Shown piece by piece: positions 1 through 8,003 of a DNA stretch of 64,000 nt. Each line of letters opens with the position of its first letter. Within the stretch, counting starts at the first letter, position 1. The translations under genes and the position numbers were made by a program. A model generated the notes under the pieces. That model saw only the letters and a program-made list of their open reading frames with translations. It searched no databases and was not told the origin of the DNA. Source of the stretch: a bacterium (lineage in GTDB: Bacteria > Patescibacteriota > CPR2 > UBA1875 > JAJYID01); contig JAJYLR010000001.1 of the NCBI GenBank assembly GCA_021787535.1, positions 383,687-447,686 on the forward strand, written 5' to 3'.

Positions 1-66
1 AAGCAGTTTTCAGAAGAACTGAAGAAAAGGCATGCTGAGATAGATAAAATCTTAGAGGAAAGTTAA
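1..66 (+). CDS. 3' end of an upstream CDS (…KQFSEELKKRHAEIDKILEES*), partial
   Basis: Open frame from the window edge to a TAA stop at 64-66. It is followed by a family-A palindromic element. Confidence 0.3.
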   Translation, partial: KQFSEELKKRHAEIDKILEES

Positions 67-91
67 AATAATTAGGGTTTTGATTCTGGAC

Positions 92-113
92 AAGCCAGAA
101 TGACTTGTTTAGG
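92..113. repeat. Family-A palindromic element in reverse orientation ('gattctggacaagccagaatgac')
   Basis: Reverse complement of 'gtcattctggcttgtccagaatc', which is also found at 41801 and 63862. Hairpin ATTCTGG/CCAGAAT. Confidence 0.7.
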
Positions 114-128
114 ATTGTATGAATTAAT

Positions 129-950
129 ATGGCAAAAGCTGAAAATACAATTGAAGTAAAAAATCTCACTAAAAAGTTTAAAAAGTTTACGGCGGTGGAT
201 TCTATTTCCTTTAATGTGGAAAAGGGAGAAATATTTGGATTTCTAGGCCCGAACGGCGCCGGTAAATCCACGACCATTCGCATGCTTACGACTCTTCTGA
301 CTCCGACTTCCGGAACGGCGACCGTGGAAGGTTATGACATTAAAAAAGACCAAAACGAGGTGAGGCGGCACATCGGACTTGTGGCAGAAAAAATCATTCT
401 CTATAACCACCTCAGCGCTATGGAAAATCTGGAGTTTTTTGGCAAACTCAATCATTTGTCAAAGGATGTTATCAGAGAACGTTCAGAGGGCTGGATCAAA
501 AGGCTTGGTATGGAAGACTGGAAAGATGCGCAGGCAAGCACTTACTCGACGGGAATGAAACAGCGTATAAATATTGTTCGGGCGCTACTGACTGAGCCGG
601 ATATTCTCTTTCTTGATGAGCCGACTCTCGGACTTGACCCGCAAACGACTTTTATGATCAGAACCTTTATTCAAGAATTAAACGAGAAGGGAATTACCAT
701 AATTTTGACAACTCACGACATGATAGAAGCGGAGGCATTATCTGATCGGGTGGCGATCATTGACCACGGGGAAATTCAGGCGATTGATACTGTCGAAAAC
801 CTAAAGAAAAAAGTTAAGGATAAGAAAAACCCAACACTTGAGGACGTATTCCTGCAGGTGACGGGACTTGATATTCGCGACAAAAAGGAGAAATCAAAAG
901 GACAAGCTGGCCCGCCGTGGAGAGGCGGAGGTCAGAACAGAGTGAGGTAG
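129..950 (+). CDS. ABC transporter ATP-binding protein (ABC-2 type)
   Basis: Walker A GPNGAGKST, ABC signature YSTGMKQR, Walker B ILFLDEPT. Confidence 0.9.
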   Translation: MAKAENTIEVKNLTKKFKKFTAVDSISFNVEKGEIFGFLGPNGAGKSTTIRMLTTLLTPTSGTATVEGYDIKKDQNEVRRHIGLVAEKIILYNHLSAMENLEFFGKLNHLSKDVIRERSEGWIKRLGMEDWKDAQASTYSTGMKQRINIVRALLTEPDILFLDEPTLGLDPQTTFMIRTFIQELNEKGITIILTTHDMIEAEALSDRVAIIDHGEIQAIDTVENLKKKVKDKKNPTLEDVFLQVTGLDIRDKKEKSKGQAGPPWRGGGQNRVR

Positions 951-1000
951 GTTAGGTGACTAGGTAATTAGGTAAAAAGGTAAATAGGATAGGAATTGTA
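945..1000. repeat. TAGGT/TTAGGTAA short-motif array ('aggtaggttaggtgactaggtaattaggtaaaaaggtaaataggatagga')
   Basis: At least 5 TAGGT units in 55 nt, directly upstream of the permease start. A related array occurs at 11433-11500. Confidence 0.4.
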
Positions 1001-1002
1001 AG

Positions 1003-2187
1003 ATGAAACATGTTTTAAGCGATTTATGGCAAATAACTAAAAAGGATCTTCTTGAATTTGCTCGAGATAGGATTCGCCTGATTACCTTTATTATCATGCC
1101 TATTTTCATGATGGTGCTGACCGGTTTCATTTTTCCAAGCCAGACATCTGTGAAAAATGTGCCCATCGGTGTTGTAAATGAAAACGGACAGACGGGCGGC
1201 CAGCTGATTCAGATAATTAAAAACTTGGAAGTTACTAAAGGTAGCAAGGTCTTTGAAACAAAAACTTATGGCAGTCTTGATGCGATAAAAGATGGAATTA
1301 AAAAACAGGAAATTAACGGCGGTATTTATATTCCGGCGGAATTTTCCAAGGATATCAGCACAAATAAACAGGCGCAAGTAACTATAGTTGAGGATCAGTC
1401 TAACCCTCAAATCTCAGGGATAGCTACACAAACGCTAACCAATATCGTTCAGGGCTTCGGAAAAGAGATAGGTAAACAAAAGGTAGGCATTTTAGTCGCG
1501 AAAACCGGAGCTAGGGGTCCGGATGCCGGAGCGCTGGTGACTCCTATTACATCTAAACTCGAGGGCATTTTGCCGGGTTCAACCAACTATTTTGAGTTTG
1601 TCGCTCCGGGGATTATGGCAATGGTTGTAATGACTGCGGTCTTAACTGGTCTAGCCGCTTCTGTTTCCAGAGAAAGAGAACAGGGGACGCTCGATGGTAT
1701 TTTAATTTCTCCGATCAGCCGGCTGGCAATAATCCTTGGAAAAGCCATGTCGCAGTCTATTCGCGGGCTGGCTCAGGGCGCGATAGTTCTTCTTCTGGCA
1801 ATATTTCTTTTCGGTGTAACTATTAATGGAAGTATCTTGCTTGTGGCTCTGCTGCTACTTCTTGGGATATTTTCCTTTGTTGGACTTGGAATCTTAGTCA
1901 GTGCATCAGCGGCTGAACAAGAAACGGCAACTCAGCTTCTTTTCATGTTTCAGTTTCCGATGCTTTTCCTCTCTGGTGCCTTCTTTCCAATACAGCAAAT
2001 GCCGAAAGCAATGCAAGACATAGCCCATCTCTTGCCGCTGACATATGCCATCGAAGCTCTCAGAAAAGTTATAATCCTTGGGGCCGGCGTATCATCTGTC
2101 ACTGGCGAGCTTATAATTCTGACTGTTTTCGGAGCGGTCACTTTAGCTATAGCTGTACCGCTTTTCAGAAAAATGATCACGAGGTAG
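1003..2187 (+). CDS. ABC-2 family transporter permease
   Basis: Multi-TM protein immediately downstream of the ABC ATPase, with typical ABC-2 permease topology. Confidence 0.75.
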   Translation: MKHVLSDLWQITKKDLLEFARDRIRLITFIIMPIFMMVLTGFIFPSQTSVKNVPIGVVNENGQTGGQLIQIIKNLEVTKGSKVFETKTYGSLDAIKDGIKKQEINGGIYIPAEFSKDISTNKQAQVTIVEDQSNPQISGIATQTLTNIVQGFGKEIGKQKVGILVAKTGARGPDAGALVTPITSKLEGILPGSTNYFEFVAPGIMAMVVMTAVLTGLAASVSREREQGTLDGILISPISRLAIILGKAMSQSIRGLAQGAIVLLLAIFLFGVTINGSILLVALLLLLGIFSFVGLGILVSASAAEQETATQLLFMFQFPMLFLSGAFFPIQQMPKAMQDIAHLLPLTYAIEALRKVIILGAGVSSVTGELIILTVFGAVTLAIAVPLFRKMITR

Positions 2188-2229
2188 GTTTTACCGATTA
2201 TAAAGAAAAATCTTTACATAAGAATAATT

Positions 2230-2575
2230 TTAATTTAAACTGATATTAAGTAAGGAATGTGGGCTAAGCAACTAAGGAGGTGAAACCTTATTATGAAGAC
2301 TGTATTCCTGAAACTAGCTCTCGCGGCGGCTAACGCGAGAAGCAGTCGGCTCGACGATGGCGAAGTATCTTGTTGCGAGTCTGACGGTGTAACTGGAGAG
2401 TCGGCGTGCTTCGGCGCCAGACTCCAGGGAACAACTTCGCAGATTTCACAGGTGCTTTAATCGCTGCTAGGCACAGTACAACGTTTTACCGAAAATCCAA
2501 AATTAGGTAATCCTCTGGATTTTCATGCGTTGTTGTTCCCGGTAAACCCCTAAGGGTGGCTCTTCGAGCCACCCT
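2230..2575 (+). other. GC-rich structured island: candidate ncRNA of unknown class, or a 57-aa Cys-containing sORF
   Basis: GC about 55-60% against about 38% in the flanks. Several hairpins are present. There is a long-range pairing between ggaacaacttcgca (2428) and tgcgttgttgttcc (2526). It ends in a 9-bp stem with a UUCG tetraloop, 'gggtggctcTTCGgagccaccc' (2554-2574). Confidence 0.3.
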
Positions 2576-2593
2576 ATTCTTATGCAGGTAAAT

Positions 2594-2630
2594 GGACAAA
2601 AGAAAAATGGGACCCGAGCGGGTCCCATTT
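2594..2630 (-). terminator. Intrinsic terminator for the DCD gene
   Basis: Hairpin 'aaatgggacccgagcgggtcccattt' followed on the minus strand by a U-run (ttttcttttg). Confidence 0.6.
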
Positions 2631-2650
2631 TGACCTTGCGAGAACGGCAT

Positions 2651-3814
2651 TCAGTTCATGTTCCACTTGGTACTTATGAACTGTTTTGCGGTACGAGGTC
2701 CTGCCTGAAGGTGGTAGTTATTGCCGGCATCTCCATATACAACCGGTGGGATTTCGGTCATGTAGAAGTATTCCATACAGCACACCGGAGAACCATGCCA
2801 CAGAAGGATATCCTCGTGTGGAATGATCTCGAGAACGGCAGGCGTACCCAGTACTTTGTGATGGATGGGATTACAACCCCAGCCCGGATCGAAGAATCCG
2901 GCATAGTGGGAGCGAAATTCGCCAATTCCGCTGTTGTAATCAACCATTTCACAGCAGAGGTATGGCGGAACGGCCACAGCTTCGTTTGTCGAGAGAATAT
3001 AGAATCCTCCCTTTGAGAGCGGAATGAACCCTTCTTTCGAGGGCTTGACTTCTTCAAAGAAGTCTTCCAGAGGCACATTCTTGCTTGCATAACTAAGGCA
3101 GTGCTGGCTGGAGTCCTTAGCTTTCAAGACCGCCGGTTTATCTTCCTCGACATTTTTGAGATTGGCAGTCAGTACTAAGGATGAACCGGTCATCTTTAGG
3201 TTTTTTGACAGGATCTTCCGGCCTTTCAGGTCAAAGACCAAACCATGCTTTTTATGCTCCATTTCCAGCTGATGCGGGGCAAGCCGGCAGTCAGACATTC
3301 TGCCATTGGCAAACCTGACTTGGTTGAAGGTTTGGCCTGCTTTAATCCTGATAGGATAAGAGTTCGCCTTAATTATATTATAAGTCGGACCCTTATAGCC
3401 GGCAGGTATCGAGTCAAACTCCGGGTGGCAGTTGCATACCAGCCGTACCTGCAGATTATTCCTTCCGGAAGTACTTTTTGGATTGGCTCGTCCGCTAAAA
3501 TATTCACCTAGATCCAACACTTCTTCGTTTGGTACAAGATAGGGAACACCGGTTTCGAGGACAAATCCTTCATCCGTGAGAGGCCGGCGGTAGAAGTTTG
3601 CCTTATCACACATCTTACGGGCAAAGTCTGCAATATCATCCATTTCAGGACTGAAAATCCCAGGCAGGCGAATCATTTCACCTTGTCCGAGGCGCAGATC
3701 GATACTGCCCGGCTGGATGTTACCTTCCGGAATTTTTACTTTTGAGGTAATCATTCCGGAGCTGATCATACTCTTTATGTCCTGGCTTGGCAGGACTCCA
3801 ATCGTATTTCTCAT
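2651..3814 (-). CDS. dCTP deaminase-like protein, long DCD-family form
   Basis: N-terminus 'PSQDIK…GSIDLRLG' matches the Dcd/dUTPase beta-fold signature. 387 aa, as in the long DCD family. Confidence 0.6.
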   Translation of the reverse strand: MRNTIGVLPSQDIKSMISSGMITSKVKIPEGNIQPGSIDLRLGQGEMIRLPGIFSPEMDDIADFARKMCDKANFYRRPLTDEGFVLETGVPYLVPNEEVLDLGEYFSGRANPKSTSGRNNLQVRLVCNCHPEFDSIPAGYKGPTYNIIKANSYPIRIKAGQTFNQVRFANGRMSDCRLAPHQLEMEHKKHGLVFDLKGRKILSKNLKMTGSSLVLTANLKNVEEDKPAVLKAKDSSQHCLSYASKNVPLEDFFEEVKPSKEGFIPLSKGGFYILSTNEAVAVPPYLCCEMVDYNSGIGEFRSHYAGFFDPGWGCNPIHHKVLGTPAVLEIIPHEDILLWHGSPVCCMEYFYMTEIPPVVYGDAGNNYHLQAGPRTAKQFISTKWNMN

Positions 3815-3960
3815 CTTGAAATCCTCCGTTTCGTAGGTCGTTTTTTCAAAAGGGCGTTACAAAAAGAGGGCATGCAAACTCAGACCCTCGCAAATATGTG
3901 TAATGTAAAAGTAGTTTAACTGAAAAAAAGTGTTTTGTAAAGACGGCTAACTTTAATATA

Positions 3961-5025
3961 TTATAGATTTTCCAGGGCTTTTTGCTGGGAAGCTTTTTGG
4001 AGTGCTGAAATTATATCATCGAGCTTGCCGTTCATGATTTCCGGCAGATTATGGGCGGTAAAGCTAATTCTGTGATCTGTGACGCGATCTTGGGGATAGT
4101 TGTAAGTGCGGATTTTCTCACTGCGATCTCCGGAACCGATCTGAGATTTGCGTAAGTCACTTCTTTTCCTAGCTTCTTCATCTTGTTTTTGAGCGAGAAG
4201 GCGGGATCTTAAAATACTCATGGCTTTATCCTTGTTTTTCAGCTGAGATTTCTCGTCTTGGCATGAAACCACCATTCCGCTTGGAATATGGGTAATTCTC
4301 ACTGCTGAATCTGTAGTATTTACGCTTTGTCCGCCGGGCCCTGATGAGCGGAAAACATCTACGCGAATATCGCCTGGAGCTATTTCAATATCCACTTCTT
4401 CTGCTTCTGGCATGACGGCGACAGTGGCAGCTGAGGTATGGATGCGCCCTTGAGATTCTGTTTCCGGCACCCTCTGAACCCTATGGACACCGCTTTCGAA
4501 CTTTAAATATCTATAAACCTCATCACCTTCGATTTTGGCGATCATTTCTTTAATGCCTTCGATCCCCGTAACATTTGAGGACATTACCGAAATCTTCCAG
4601 CCCCGGCGCTCGGCATATCGGCAGTACATCCTGAAAAGGTCTCCAGCAAAAAGAGCCGCTTCATCTCCGCCGGTACCGGCCCTGATTTCCAAAATCACAT
4701 TTTTCACGTCATTCGGATCTTTTGGTATGAGCAGAGTTTCCAGCTCTTTTTCCGCTTTTTCCAGATGGCCCTCGGTGTCAATGATCTCATCGGCAAAAAA
4801 ATCCCGCATTTCCTGGTTATCTTCCTTTTCAAGCATATCGCGGGAAGCTCTGATGTCATTTTCCAAATTTTTAACTTTTTCAAAGGCTGCGATAATCTCT
4901 TTCAGTTCCCCATGTTTTTTGGAAATTTCTTTTAGTTTTTCAGGATTAGAAACAATGTCAGGGGAGGCGAGCTCTTTCTCCAGATGTGCAAATTCTTTTT
5001 TGTATGAATCGTATTTTTCTAACAT
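3961..5025 (-). CDS. prfA: Peptide chain release factor 1
   Basis: GGQ motif (SGPGGQSVNTTDS), 'RVQRVPETESQGRIHTSAATVAVMPE' (the PxT tripeptide reads PET), and C-terminal conservation. Confidence 0.9.
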   Translation of the reverse strand: MLEKYDSYKKEFAHLEKELASPDIVSNPEKLKEISKKHGELKEIIAAFEKVKNLENDIRASRDMLEKEDNQEMRDFFADEIIDTEGHLEKAEKELETLLIPKDPNDVKNVILEIRAGTGGDEAALFAGDLFRMYCRYAERRGWKISVMSSNVTGIEGIKEMIAKIEGDEVYRYLKFESGVHRVQRVPETESQGRIHTSAATVAVMPEAEEVDIEIAPGDIRVDVFRSSGPGGQSVNTTDSAVRITHIPSGMVVSCQDEKSQLKNKDKAMSILRSRLLAQKQDEEARKRSDLRKSQIGSGDRSEKIRTYNYPQDRVTDHRISFTAHNLPEIMNGKLDDIISALQKASQQKALENL

Positions 5026-5042
5026 AATACTTTCCTAGTTTC

Positions 5043-5065
5043 GTCACTGCGGCCTGTCCAGAATC
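5043..5065. repeat. Degenerate family-A element ('gtcactgcggcctgtccagaatc')
   Basis: 19 of 23 nt identical to the family-A consensus. The palindrome is lost. Confidence 0.5.
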
Positions 5066-5078
5066 TTATTTTATTTTA

Positions 5079-5104
5079 GATTCCCGCCTCCGCGGGAATG
5101 ACAG
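5079..5104. repeat. Family-B palindromic element in reverse orientation ('gattcccgcctccgcgggaatgacag')
   Basis: Reverse complement of 'ctgtcattcccgcggaggcgggaatc'. Stem ATTCCCGC/GCGGGAAT. Confidence 0.7.
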
Positions 5105-5184
5105 TTAAAGTAAACGATTTCTCTAGCATAGATACAATTATAGCGCTTCTAGGATAACCAAAACAGCGCTATAGTTCCAAATAT

Positions 5185-5544
5185 TTAATTTTCAGCTTGA
5201 GTATTTTCTTCTTTTTCAGACTTAACATCGACAGTTTCTTCAGAGAGCTCTTCTTTGATTTCTTCCATTTTCTCATCGAGTTTAGTTGTGTCGACCGGCT
5301 GTTTCTCTTTCTTAATCTTTGGTTTCTGAGCAGCTTTCAATTTTTCAGCCGCTTCCATTTTTGCCTTAAATTTATCAACCCGGCCGGCGGTATCAACCAG
5401 TTTTTGTTTCCCTGTAAAGAAGGGATGACAAGCGCTGCAGATTTCCACTGTCAAATCACCCACGGTATTCATGGTTTCTATCACGTTGCCGCAACCGCAG
5501 GTAACGCGCGCTTTTTTGTATTCCGGATGAATTCCTTTTTTCAT
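5185..5544 (-). CDS. rpmE: 50S ribosomal protein L31 with a Lys/Glu-rich C-terminal extension
   Basis: MKKGIHPEY… with CxC…CxxCHPF zinc-ribbon motifs, plus a charged tail of about 45 aa. Confidence 0.85.
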   Translation of the reverse strand: MKKGIHPEYKKARVTCGCGNVIETMNTVGDLTVEICSACHPFFTGKQKLVDTAGRVDKFKAKMEAAEKLKAAQKPKIKKEKQPVDTTKLDEKMEEIKEELSEETVDVKSEKEENTQAEN

Positions 5545-5643
5545 AACAGGTAGATTATAACAATTGATAATGATTTTATCAAGGATTTGTTGATGAATTA
5601 CCTATAATTTGTGTTTGTACAATAAGGATATTAAAATGAAAAT

Positions 5644-5808
5644 ATGGATAAGAAAGTTATAATGCTTGGAATGTTGGTTGGTTCAGCGGTAGGCAGCTTT
5701 GTACCGCTTCTCTGGGGAGGGAATTTGCTTTCATTTAGTTCTATAATCTTTACAGTAATCGGCGGGATTTTCGGTATCTGGAGCGCCTATAAACTTGCAA
5801 ATTTATAA
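5644..5808 (+). CDS. Small hydrophobic protein, 54 aa, two predicted TM segments (hypothetical sORF)
   Basis: ATG to TAA open frame MDKKVIMLGMLVGSAVGSFVPLLWGG…IFGIWSAYKLANL. It lies in the intergenic gap and the RBS is weak. Confidence 0.3.
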   Translation: MDKKVIMLGMLVGSAVGSFVPLLWGGNLLSFSSIIFTVIGGIFGIWSAYKLANL

Positions 5809-5982
5809 TGGCTTCTCGGGAGTATTGGATTGCAAAAAAGACTCAAATCTGATATACTTTTCAAGATTACAAAAATATTAAAACGCACGTCTTTTGATAC
5901 TCTGGCTTCTCCCATTTTGGGTTTTTGGAGTAGATGATAAAGGCGGAGGTTCGGCAAACGCCGGAGAAAAGGAGAAAAAAAA

Positions 5983-6798
5983 ATGGCAGAAGTATCAATG
6001 CAGGAACTCTTTGAAGCAGGGGCGCATTTCGGACACCAGACGCAGAGATGGAATCCGAAGATGGCTCCTTATATTTTTACCCAAAAAAACAAAGTTCATA
6101 TTATCGACCTTGCGCAAACAGTCGAAAAACTGAGTGATGCAAAGAAGTTTATAGAACAAACCGTATCGAAAGGCGGTAAAATACTCTTTGTGGGCACAAA
6201 AAAACAAGCCCAAAGTATAATCAAAGAAGAAGCTGAAAAATGCGGTATGCCGTATGTTTCAGAGAGATGGCTTGGCGGAATGCTGACAAATTTCCAGACT
6301 ATAGCTTCCAGAACTAAGTATATGAAGGACCTTAAAGCGAAGCTTGAGGAAAACACTGAGATGACAAAAAAAGAAAAACTGAAGGGTGAGGAGGAATTAA
6401 AGAAACTGGAGAGTAATCTTGGTGGAATTATGGATCTAACCCGAGTGCCTGATGCGCTTTTTGTGGTAGATATTTCCAAAGAGATGACAGCAGTCAAAGA
6501 AGCAAAAAAAATAGGTCTGCCTATCGTGGCCATTGTTGATACCAATGTAAATCCGGAACTTGTTGATTACCCTATTCCGGCAAATGATGATGCAGTAAAG
6601 GCCATAAAACTAGTTTGTTCCTTTGTTTCAGGCGTTGTTCAGAATACTCCAGTAAAGTTAAAGGAGGAAACACCAGTCAAGGCCGAGATTAAGATAAAAG
6701 AAGAAAAAGGCGAAGAAATTGCAGCAGAGAAAGTCGAAGAAAAAGATAAGGAATTTTTAAGCAAAGAAAAAAAGAAAGAGGAAAAAGGAGGAAAATGA
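5983..6798 (+). CDS. rpsB: 30S ribosomal protein S2 with a Lys/Glu-rich C-terminal extension
   Basis: MAEVSMQELFEAGAHFGHQTQRWNPKM…; ends in a TGA stop. Confidence 0.95.
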   Translation: MAEVSMQELFEAGAHFGHQTQRWNPKMAPYIFTQKNKVHIIDLAQTVEKLSDAKKFIEQTVSKGGKILFVGTKKQAQSIIKEEAEKCGMPYVSERWLGGMLTNFQTIASRTKYMKDLKAKLEENTEMTKKEKLKGEEELKKLESNLGGIMDLTRVPDALFVVDISKEMTAVKEAKKIGLPIVAIVDTNVNPELVDYPIPANDDAVKAIKLVCSFVSGVVQNTPVKLKEETPVKAEIKIKEEKGEEIAAEKVEEKDKEFLSKEKKKEEKGGK

Positions 6799-7391
6799 TG
6801 GCGGCAATTAGCGCGAAAGACGTTCAGAACTTAAGAAAAATCTGCGGTGCGCCGATGATGGATTGCAAGAAGGCACTCGAAGAATCAAAAGGCGATGTCG
6901 ATAAAGCTGTTGAAATTTTAAGAAAAAAAGGCGCGGCAACGGCTGCCAAAAGAGCCGAACGCGAAGCTAAAGAAGGAATAATTGCATCTTATATACACGG
7001 CAACAAGATTGGTGTTTTAGTGGAAGTAAATTCAGAGACTGACTTTGTGGCCAGAAGCGGCGATTTCCAGAACTTTGCCCGCGATGTGGCTATGCATGTT
7101 GCTGCTGCAAATCCTGAATATCTTCTTCCTGAAGATGTGCCGGCAAAAGTTCTAGAAAAAGAAAAGGAAATTGAACTTGAGAAGCTAAAAAAAGACGGAA
7201 AGCCGGCCAATATCCTAGATAAAATCTGGGAAGGCAAGAAAGAAAAATTTTTCAGTGAAAATTGCCTTATGAAACAGGCATTTGTTAAAAATCCTGATCT
7301 CACTATTGAAGAATTGTTAGCAGAGACGATCGGAAAAATCGGCGAAAAGATAGAGATTAGAAGATTTTGCCGATTTGAAGTGGGAAAATAA
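6795..7391 (+). CDS. tsf: Elongation factor Ts (short form)
   Basis: N-terminal UBA-like 'ISAKDVQNLRKICGAPMMDCKKAL', located after rpsB. Confidence 0.9.
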   Translation: MMAAISAKDVQNLRKICGAPMMDCKKALEESKGDVDKAVEILRKKGAATAAKRAEREAKEGIIASYIHGNKIGVLVEVNSETDFVARSGDFQNFARDVAMHVAAANPEYLLPEDVPAKVLEKEKEIELEKLKKDGKPANILDKIWEGKKEKFFSENCLMKQAFVKNPDLTIEELLAETIGKIGEKIEIRRFCRFEVGK

Positions 7392-7426
7392 AGCAGTATA
7401 CGATATAAAGAAGGAGGAACAACAAT

Positions 7427-7984
7427 ATGATACAGGAACTTATAAAGGGAGCTGAGCCAAAGTTTCAAAAGGCAATTGAAATACTCGAAGAAGAGCTTGC
7501 TGCTCTTCATACCGGCAGAGCAAGCGTGTCTTTAGTCGATGATATTCAGGTAGATGTTTATGGCGCAAAAAATCCTATTAAAGCTGTAGCTACCATTACT
7601 ATCCCTGAGCCAAGATCTATCCTTATTCAACCATGGGATCAAGCAAATTTGTCCCGGATTGAAAGTGCGATCAGAGAATCTGATCTAAAATTAAATCCGG
7701 TTAACACCGGCGAAAACTTAAGAATTAATCTTCCCGAACTTACTGAGGAAAGGCGAAAAGAATTCGTGAAGATTGCACATGAGAAGGCAGAAAATGCACG
7801 GATTGCCGTGCGAAATATCAGAGGTGACATACTAAATCATATTAAAAAGGCAAAGTCAGACGGAGCAATAGGTGAGGATGATATGTATTACGGGGAAAAT
7901 GAACTGCAAAAGGTAGTAGATAAATATAATGCGCAAATTGAAGAAATCCTTTCCGGTAAAGAAAAAGACTTGTTAACTATTTAA
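7427..7984 (+). CDS. frr: Ribosome recycling factor
   Basis: 185 aa with the typical RRF sequence pattern. It follows tsf directly with no pyrH between them. Confidence 0.9.
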   Translation: MIQELIKGAEPKFQKAIEILEEELAALHTGRASVSLVDDIQVDVYGAKNPIKAVATITIPEPRSILIQPWDQANLSRIESAIRESDLKLNPVNTGENLRINLPELTEERRKEFVKIAHEKAENARIAVRNIRGDILNHIKKAKSDGAIGEDDMYYGENELQKVVDKYNAQIEEILSGKEKDLLTI

Positions 7985-8003
7985 ATTGAAAAGGAATAAA
8001 TAA

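Noticed and set aside
2290-2460. tmRNA hypothesis for the GC-rich island ('KLALAAA' reading looked like a tag peptide)
   Set aside because: In frame the peptide continues as …ALAAANARSS… with no stop after ALAA. There is no tRNA-like 3' end (no GGTTCGA T-arm or CCA) and no 5' GGGG…ACGGG acceptor.
2230-2575. RNase P RNA or SRP RNA
   Set aside because: No GGAAAGUCCGG/P4 or CR-I/CR-V motifs. No GGAAGCAGCCA-type SRP domain IV motif. Only a GGUGAAAC-like fragment is present.
2582-3511. Plus-strand ORFs 2582-3016 and 3245-3511, and minus ORF 2758-3090, overlapping the DCD gene
   Set aside because: They are antisense or alternate frames of a well-supported CDS, with no motifs.
4535-5038. 167-aa plus-strand ORF antisense to prfA
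   Set aside because: Ser-rich low-complexity shadow ORF of a conserved gene.
5983-6798. Alternative genetic code (UGA recoded, as in some CPR lineages)
   Set aside because: rpsB and other conserved genes terminate at TGA and all conserved ORFs are intact under table 11.
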